From NCBI GenBank assembly GCA_951406725.2, contig OX597835.1, positions 29,016,001-29,080,000 on the forward strand: 64,000 bases of DNA. Reading direction: 5' to 3'. Numbering within the stretch: position 1 is the first letter of the stretch; each line of letters starts with the position of its first letter. Under the pieces are notes generated by a model that saw only the letters and a list, made by a program, of their open reading frames with translations, made no database searches and had not been told where the DNA came from. Made by a program: the position numbers and the translations under genes. Source of the DNA: Octopus vulgaris (lineage: Eukaryota). Positions 55,439-64,000 of the stretch are shown here, in pieces.

Positions 55439-56499
55439 TGCTGTTGCTGCTGCTGCTACTACTAACATTACTACTGCTATTAAAACTAATGCTACTGTTT
55501 GCTGCTACTACTATCAAAGCAATACCCACCACAACTATCACGACGACCACTGCCACGATTACCACCACCACTGCTTCCAACACCACCTCTACTACTACTA
55601 CTGAAGCCAACGAAGGCGCATTTTCACGATTTGCTGAAATAATGAACTCGGTAAAATAAAAATGGAGATATATCAAATAATGCAGTCTTAGATATAAAAA
55701 TAAAAAGAAAGTTGGTACGGCCACGGCTGAAACGTCTTTAATCATAGACCTGCTCTATCAGGGTTGACCTTGTGCTAAACAGTAAACAGTGCTAAAAGAA
55801 CGTAACCGATTTGTACCAAAGTGAAATCCAAGAGGTTGTCGCTCTGCCAGAAACAAAAGCCGGATCTCCCTCAAATTGTTCTTCGTAGTCTCCGAAAAAG
55901 AACACGTTGTATAATATGGTTCGAGATATCTAAAGAAAAGTAGACGAGGGTGGTCATATTTGGAATGTATTTGATCATAGGTCTGCAACAACACAACTAT
56001 GAGCCAAGAAATGATCCACTGTGTGGTCACTATCTGCTAGAAATAACAGCCAATATTTCTCTCAACACAGTGAAACAATGTAGTGCTAGACTATAAGATG
56101 TTTACGTACGGAATATTATTGGAGAGGAAGGCGAAAGCATAGAAGGAAAAACACTCGAGACAATGTGGCCTCTTGGATAGAATGTGTGTAAGTAAATGAA
56201 AGGAAGGTGACTATCACAGCTGAAATACGCTTTGATCAGAAGCGATCTCGAACTACGCAAACAGTAACCGGCAACGTTATCGACGTTGACATCAACTACT
56301 ACAACAATAATACAGAGAATGATCTATAAAAAATGCAGTCCTAGATACGAGATTTTTTTTTGTTTTTTACATATTGGTTTGGTATTTACGCATAGATCTA
56401 CCAACTCGATAAACAAAGAAGACGAAGAGGGAGGAGGAAGAGGAGGAATGAGGAAGAGGATGAGGGAGAGGGGGGAATGAATGAAGGACGGAAGGAAGA

Positions 56500-56803
56500 A
56501 GAAGAAAAACAAGAAGAAGAAGTAGGAGAAGAAGAAGAAGAAGAAGAAGAAGAAGAAGAAGAAACAAGAAGACGAAGAAGAAGGAGAAGAAGAAGAAGAA
56601 GAAGAAAAACAAGAAGAAGAAAAAGAAGAAGATGAAGAAGAAGAAGAAGAAGAAGAAGAAGAAGAAGAAAAACAAGAAGTCGAAGAAGAAGAAAACAAGA
56701 AGACGAAGAAGAAGAAGAAGAAGAAGAAGAAGAAGAAGAAGAAGAAGAAGAAGAAGAAGAAGAAGAAGAAGAAGAAGAAGAAGAAGAAGAAGAAGAAGAA
56801 GAA
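56500..56803. repeat. (GAA)n microsatellite
   Basis: Seen directly. Confidence 0.97.
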
Positions 56804-57181
56804 GCCATTGCTTAATGTAGTCCTAGATACACTATGTCTGAAAAAAAAAGGAGTAGTTTCTATTGAAACTCGCTTGATCCGGAGTTTCCTCACTCGGCGC
56901 CAAATAACAATAATAAACGTCAAGGGATGCTCTTGACCCCATGAGATGCAATACCAAGCGGTCACTCTGAATTTCCACCAACAGTCGTTGATTCTTCTGC
57001 CAGCAACTCCGAGGGCCAGAGATACTTAAACCGATTTTTAAGCGACAGTAAAACTCAGAGTAACGGACGCTTGATTCGATAATATTTTAGGTCCTTTTCT
57101 ATTTCGTTCACACCAATATATTCTTCGTATATATGTGTATATTACGGTGTATGCGTTTATGTATTGTGTGAATGTATATAT

Positions 57182-57237
<56 letters not shown>

Positions 57238-57333
57238 TTAAACATATCAAAGGGAAATGGAAAATTAATTTTCACTTCCAGTGGCCTAACATGTAAAAAT
57301 TTACTCCCCAAAGTTCAGTTCGTAGTCTTTTGG

Positions 57334-57391
<58 letters not shown>

Positions 57392-57399
57392 TATTATGT

Positions 57400-57900
57400 G
57401 TGTGTCTGATCAATAAGTACGCGGACTGTTGCCATGGTAACGAAGCTAAAGCACGCAAAGGGAAGCTGCTTGGACCAGATTGACCTTGAACTCTGCTATG
57501 CATGCGCTCTAAGATTTATCGTCCTAGCTCACTTCTGCTGTTTACAGCAGTGCTTGGAAGGAACATGTGTAGCATGTGATCGTCGTATTGACAATGACAG
57601 AGAAAGTTTAGCAGAGAATCTGCATGAAATTTTGCGAAGAGCCTACGTTACCTGCTCAGTGGCCTACGCAACGTTTTCAAAAAGTCTACATCGTTCTCGA
57701 CACAATGAAGGAAAACTTGTAAAACTGAAACCCGAGTGTCTTTTTGGTCAGCTGAAAGTAGTTTGGGCACAAACTTGGCAGACACGCGTCTCATACCCAA
57801 ATCTTCAGTGAAAACTAAACCGTAACTAATCTGCACATTCTCTGATAACTCACGGATGGTGATTTGACGATTTCCCCTCACAGCTGCACGCACATTTGCA
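57400..57900. mobile_element. rearranged mariner fragment
   Basis: Plus strand QRICMKFC (N-terminus); minus strand NRQITIRELSENVQISYG...DLGMRRVSAKFVPKLLSADQK. Confidence 0.75.
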
Positions 57901-57953
57901 GGAATTTTCTACGAAAGCTGAATCTAGTTCCTATACTTCTCATTTATGTATAT

Positions 57954-58500
57954 ACAGAGTGCCCGGGTCAAATTTGACAGTTTCCATAAAAGAAAAAAGT
58001 TAACACAATGCCACATTAAAAGATAAAATATTTTTAGAAAATCAAAAAGTACCAAGTAGACTATATCTGGGAGGTACAAGTTTACTCAAAACAACCGTCC
58101 TGAACACCCACCTGAACACTCAATACGGCGCCAGAACGTAGTACCAAATTTCTGCGAGGATATTCGGACACCTCCTTCATCTTGGCCACCAACTCGGCCT
58201 TGCTTTTGCAGTCAGAGCGTTTGGTGTCTTTCTCAACCGCACCTCATACATCGTAATCCATGAGCTTACAACCAGATTAATTAGGATGCCAAGAATTGGG
58301 GCTGGGGAAATCGTAGGGCTTCTCTGATAACCACTTCTGTTTCATTCAAGAGGTATAGTACGTGGCCGAATCCTGCTGTCATACATATTGCTTTCCAGAA
58401 GCACCCCACCCACTCAGTCAGGGTTTGACCACGGTCTCCAGCAGCCATGTGAATTGAACCTAAATTCCTGTTCAACGATATGGGGATGAATGCCGGCATA
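57954..58500 (-). mobile_element. maT/DD37D-like mariner 3' fragment
   Basis: ta|cagagtg terminus; minus strand PNSWHPN*SGCKLMDYDV*GAVEKDT, a decayed WPPNSPDCNPLDY motif. Confidence 0.6.
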
Positions 58501-58541
58501 CGGACACAGTCAAACTAGAGTTGTAGCCCTTTATTCTAGCT

Positions 58542-58741
58542 CAGTGGTTTTCAACCAGGGTTCCGCCAGTACAGTCCAGGGGTTCCGCAAGAAGTTACAA
58601 AACTGCTAAAATCGGCAGTAATTTTTAATTCTTCTGTGCAGATATGTGTGCATAAGACAATTAAATTATTGCACAGGGGTTCCTCGAGCCAGTGGAATGT
58701 TTCCTTAGGTTCCGCTCCAGCAAAAAGTTTGAAAAGCACTG
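58542..58741. mobile_element. hAT (Charlie-type) MITE, 200 bp
   Basis: TIRs cagtggttttcaac / tttgaaaagcactg; perfect 8-bp TSD ttctagct at 58534-58541 and 58742-58749. Confidence 0.92.
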
Positions 58742-59771
58742 TTCTAGCTACAGCTTTGAAGTCTCTGTTGTAGCTGTCCATGTCACGTCATACAGTTTTA
58801 ACAGTAACCACAAAGCGTTGTGCAGCAATCACGATGTCAGCAACTTGATAACCGGCGCAAATCATAATAACACAGCTAACGCTTTTCGAATATTTAGATA
58901 ACTTCTTGCCCTTCATGTCAGCTAACATTTTCTAGAATACAATTTCAATCTTCCTGCTTTCTAGTGTCGCTGACTGTCCCCCAATACATCAAGCTGTTTT
59001 TGAAAAAATGAGACAAAAATTGTCGTCAAATTTAGCCAAAAATTGTCATCAAATCGAGACTTAGATTATTCGATTCACGAAAGTTTTAATTTCCAAGATC
59101 CAGAATACTTAGTGGAAGGTGTAGATGGAAACAGGAAGAAGGGGAAAATCAGTCGATTTTGTCGACGTCCATTGCTTAGTTTCATATCCCAACAAGATGA
59201 GAAATTGTACAGAAACTGTCGAGCTCTGGCGGAATTTACACTTACCGTCATCACTGTGAATGCCGATATTTTCTTTTTTGTCGCGATTCATTCTATACGA
59301 TTCGTTGCTGCATGCTGGATTGTGCCATTTTTATAACAAAGAAATAGACTGGAGAGTGGAGAAAGTCTGATGTCCAGGCTGGCACGCTGCACCTTACGCA
59401 ATTCATGTTTTATAGCTGTATATCGGAGTGTGCGGTGCCTGGTTGTTCACAGGAAGAGCTTGGATAGTGGAGAGAGTTCAATGTGGCCAAACTGTCTTTA
59501 TACGATTTTCCACTCCTCCATGTGCAAATGTGAGGTAAGGGTCCCCACTTAAGCCTGGAACAATATTTCTGTGGGTGTTGCATTGTGTCATCGTACGACC
59601 AGGGCTCTACTTAAAGAGCCAAAAGAAATGCTGCTAAGCATTTTGACCGGAGTGCTAACGATGCTGCCAGGTCGCCGCCTTGACGACAACAGGTAACAAA
59701 AGAGCTACATAACCGTCAACAACGGCACTAATACTAAAAGCACGAACACCACCAAGAGCAGCAGCAGTGAA

Positions 59772-59986
59772 AAGGGGCTAAACACAGAGTGGACAAACAA
59801 GGACAGACAAACGGATTAAGACGATTACATCGACCCCAGCGCGTAACTGGTACTTAATTTATCGACCCCGAAAGGATGAAAGGCAAAGTCGACCTCGGCG
59901 GAATTTGAACTCAGAACGTAAGGGCAGACGAAATACGGCTACGCATTTCGCCCGGCGTGCTAACGTTTCTGCCAGCTCGCCGCCTT
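59772..59986 (-). mobile_element. SINE family A
   Basis: Consensus match. Confidence 0.9.
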
Positions 59987-60451
59987 CAAACAGTATGGAT
60001 AACTAGAACACTACCAACATGGACAACAGTAGATACAACAGCAATAAAGACTTCCACGGAGGCAGCGGCGGCGGCGGCGGTGGCGGCGGTGACAGAGGAA
60101 GAGGCAGTGGAGGCGGCGATGGTACCGGCGGCGACAGCTGCGGTAGCGGCTGCAAGCGGCAGCGGCGCCAGCCATGGCGGTATCGGGAGTCGAGGCGGCG
60201 GCAGCGGAGGCGGCGGCGGCGGCGGCGGGAGCAGTGGCTGACGCAGTCAGCAAGGAACACAAACTTCATTCAGCCGTCCATTTCTGAATCTCAGACATGG
60301 TAGAGCAAGCACCGCACTAGGCATTTTGTTTTCTTCGTAGGGAATGAGGTGATGGTGGTGAGGGTGGGGAGGCGAAATGTCTCAGTCAAATTTGGAACTG
60401 AGAACATAAAGAAACGCGCATACCTAAATCTATGTCTGAAGATAAAACAAA

Positions 60452-60946
<495 letters not shown>

Positions 60947-61741
60947 AAGTGTTTTCTGTAAAACATAAATGAAAAAAAACGGTCGGAAAGCAAGAATGAG
61001 TGGGAAGGAGAAATGTAAGGAAAAAAAAAGAAGAGAAAGAAACAAAAAGAGGGAGGAAAGCAAGGAAGAAGATAAAGAAATTAATTCTTTAATGGTCGAT
61101 CCAGTTCTATGGCGTTTATGGTTGGTAAAGTATAAGAAATGTGGAGACTTCCTTTTTTTAGCTATGGTTATATACCGTTGCTAATTAGCTCTCTGTCACA
61201 GACAAATTAAAACATACGGTAATTTAGAGTTCTCATCCACCTCATCCACCACCCTTCGCCGTTCTTTACACAGACACCCCAAATTAAACACGCACACACA
61301 CACACGCTTTCGCACACAGAAAGACACTCACACACACGCACTTACACATTCTTCATCTGCTAAATGATCATCACGTCACCAATATGCACCACACCATGTC
61401 CTCCAATATTAAAAATATTAACCTGAGCGGCTCTCAACACAATTCCACAGATTTTAACGATTTCTAGTGAGCAGGAGACATTGATGAACTCATGTTTTTG
61501 ATACTTGATGCTGTTGTTGCTGAAATTGTTGTTGCTATCATTGATGTCGTAATTTACATTCGCACCACACGCCGTCCAGTCATTCCTGATTAAGCTGGGC
61601 TTTGATCAAAACCCGCGGCTCAGTGCCACTGAGTGGCATATTGAACAAGTATATTCTGCGCTAGTCCCAGCAGACCAAAGCCTTGTGAGTTAATCTGGGA
61701 GACGGAAACTGAAAGAAGCCCATTATTCCTGTCACAACCTG

Positions 61742-61784
61742 GGACCTTGAAGACTGCTTAAATGCAAGAAAGTATGCTAGGTCC
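61742..61784 (+). ncRNA. type I hammerhead-like motif (UUGAAGA core, CUA site)
   Basis: ggacc-TTGAAGA-ctgc(ttaaat)gcaa-GAAA-g(tatg)c-TA-ggtcc. Confidence 0.6.
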
Positions 61785-61939
61785 TTAATATTTGATATTC
61801 AATATTTCATCTATTCAATAAGACAATCAATACTTCATTTCATTTTACTATATTTACTATTTATGCTATATATTCTATATTCTACATTAATATTATAAAG
61901 GATATAAATAAAACAAAAAACAGAGTTGGAATTCCTTTG

Positions 61940-61999
<60 letters not shown>

Positions 62000-62238
62000 A
62001 AGTTAATCCAAACATGAAAGCACGAGAAAACACAACAACGCGAGGACTTGGAACAAATATAGTATTATTGGACGCTCAGGAAAGAAGGAAAGAAGGAGGG
62101 TTTAACGCTTCGAGCGGAGCTCTTCGTCGGAAACATAGGAGAAGGGAAGACAGAAGGAAAAAAATCGCCAACGGTACACACGCGGTCACATTTTGAATAT
62201 ATATATATATGCATGGCAATTGAAAGACGGAAGATGGA

Positions 62239-62301
<63 letters not shown>

Positions 62302-62460
62302 CAGATAGAGAGAGAGAAAGAGAGAGGAAGGAGAGATAGATAGATAGATATCCCATTTTGTCTGATTGTGTATAGAAGAATATATTAATGCATGCAATTC
62401 CAACTAATTCTGATTTTCATGTTTTACTATTTGCAATTTTTACAATTTTACATTATTGAA

Positions 62461-62502
62461 ATAAACTAGTGCTTTCAATCGTCACGCAGTCGTCAGGTTT
62501 AT
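62461..62502 (-). ncRNA. type I hammerhead-like motif
   Basis: Minus strand: ataaac-CTGACGA-ctgcgtgacgatt-GAAA-g(ca)c-TA-gtttat; 6-bp helix I, weak helix II. Confidence 0.6.
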
Positions 62503-62537
62503 GTAGTGACAGTCGTGTTCCACAATTGACAAATGTC

Positions 62538-62591
<54 letters not shown>

Positions 62592-62592
<1 letters not shown>

Positions 62593-62816
62593 TTTATTCA
62601 AGGCAGCAGAAAATTCAACAAAACCTGTTACTCTGAGTTTCCCGTTGCCGTTCGTCGGACAGTTTTTGCTAGAAAACTGTCCGACGAACGGCAACGGGAA
62701 ACTCAGAGTAACAGGTTTTGTTGAATTTTCTGCTGCTTTGAATAAAGCATATTACTCTACCACTGGTATTTGAGTACTCTTTTTTCCACCTTGTTTCACA
62801 TTTATGTGTTTACTCC

Positions 62817-62818
<2 letters not shown>
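62592..62818. mobile_element. (TA)n-embedded inverted pLTR-like element with a hammerhead motif on each strand
   Basis: Palindrome 62592-62747; motifs at 62625-62662 (-) and 62677-62714 (+); same family as 14451-14630. Confidence 0.8.
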
Positions 62819-62880
<62 letters not shown>

Positions 62881-63474
62881 GAGAGAGGGAGAGGTGCATC
62901 TTGGGGAAGTCATTGTCTAAATCGACCTGTATGGCGTCAAATGTGTCACGGTGTATCAAAATAATTTGAGCTGAAGAAACAGAACCGTAAAAGAAATATA
63001 TCGTGCAAGCAACAGACATATTTGCCCAATCCTGGCCAAAATCAAAATCATCGTTGTCCCTAATGTGACTTCACAGCAAATTCCATTCTCATGTCCAGCG
63101 CAAATAGATGCATCTTCCTATGTTCTTTTATTTTTAAAGTTGTTTTTCTTTGATGTTGTTTTTAAAATCTATTTAATTTTTTTCTTTTAAATCCTCTCCT
63201 TCAGAAGCACATACGTTGAAATCGATGGGAGCGACCATCGGATGTATGTATATAGAAAATTACTATTTTCTAATCTCACAACGTGAGATATTCAGCAACA
63301 GTACTTTGTAGTAAAGATTGTTTGCCAACATAACATGGCAGTCCAGGTTTAGGATGAATGTTGCAGTAATTTAGCCCAGCTGGCTATACGACACGATCTG
63401 TGTCCTTACATTTTCGAACAAGGGAATCTAGCATCCACACTCAGCTCAAAACAACATCTGTGTATCGTGATTTC

Positions 63475-63515
63475 TGTGCTGATGAAGAGAAATAACCCTG
63501 AAATCATTATACAAA
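63475..63515 (+). ncRNA. degenerate hammerhead-like motif
   Basis: tgtg-CTGATGA-agag(aaataa)ccct-GAAA-t(catt)a-TA-caaa. Confidence 0.5.
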
Positions 63516-64000
63516 TTTAAGAAACAAACACTCATGACTTTTTTCTTTTAGAACTTTCTTGCATGAGATTGATGCTATGAAATTCCTCGCACTGAGCTCT
63601 ATCATTTAAGCTTAATTAAAATATAGTTTGTTTTAAAATAAAAGTTACTTATATTTAAATCCAATTTTTTGCGTTACTTATATTTTTTTTTACATGACAT
63701 TTCACCTCAAAACTTTTTTTACACAATTTTTTGTTGCATGGGAACAAAACTATAAAATTCTACACGCTTTCTTCTCTCATTGAAGCTTAGATAAATATAT
63801 TTTGCTTTTAAAATAAAAAAGTTATTTTGATCTCAACTTCACTGGTAGCGTTATTTACTCTCCTGTAACGTTGCTGCAAATTTTGATGTAAACTTTTTTC
63901 TGTTGGACGAAATCTCAATTTTTTATGCTAAAATGTAACTAGGGATCAGTCCACTTCAAAAATGTTAACAGTTTTCCGTTTGGGTAAGAACTGAATTAGA

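Noticed and set aside
55149-55604. Thr/Ala-rich mucin-like ORF (also 36624, 41148, 59957)
   Set aside because: Built from (CTA)/(CTG)/(CAC)/(GGC) repeats with no splice or domain evidence

Overview
AT-rich, microsatellite-dense animal genomic DNA with no host protein-coding exon that I can support. The repeat content (three to four tRNA-headed SINE families, long (TA)n/(TAA)n/(TACA)n tracts) resembles what I recall of Octopus/coleoid cephalopod genomes; that assignment is an inference. Nearly all ORF-track entries are microsatellite or SINE translations. Recognisable elements: a near-complete DD34D mariner with TIRs and TA TSD (25571-26827), a decayed Tc3-like Tc1 element, other mariner/maT-like fragments, a hAT MITE with an 8-bp TSD, a Helitron RepHel fragment split by a CR1/L2-group LINE, several CR1/L2 3' ends, R4/Dong-type RLE LINE fragments in (TAA)n, and a Penelope GIY-YIG fragment. 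The most notable signal is about 14 minimal hammerhead-ribozyme-like motifs from about 9 unrelated short elements, mostly in or next to (TA)n. They look like Penelope pseudo-LTRs. Several have recurring non-canonical cores (CCGACGA, CUGUUGA) and some form perfect fold-back palindromes.
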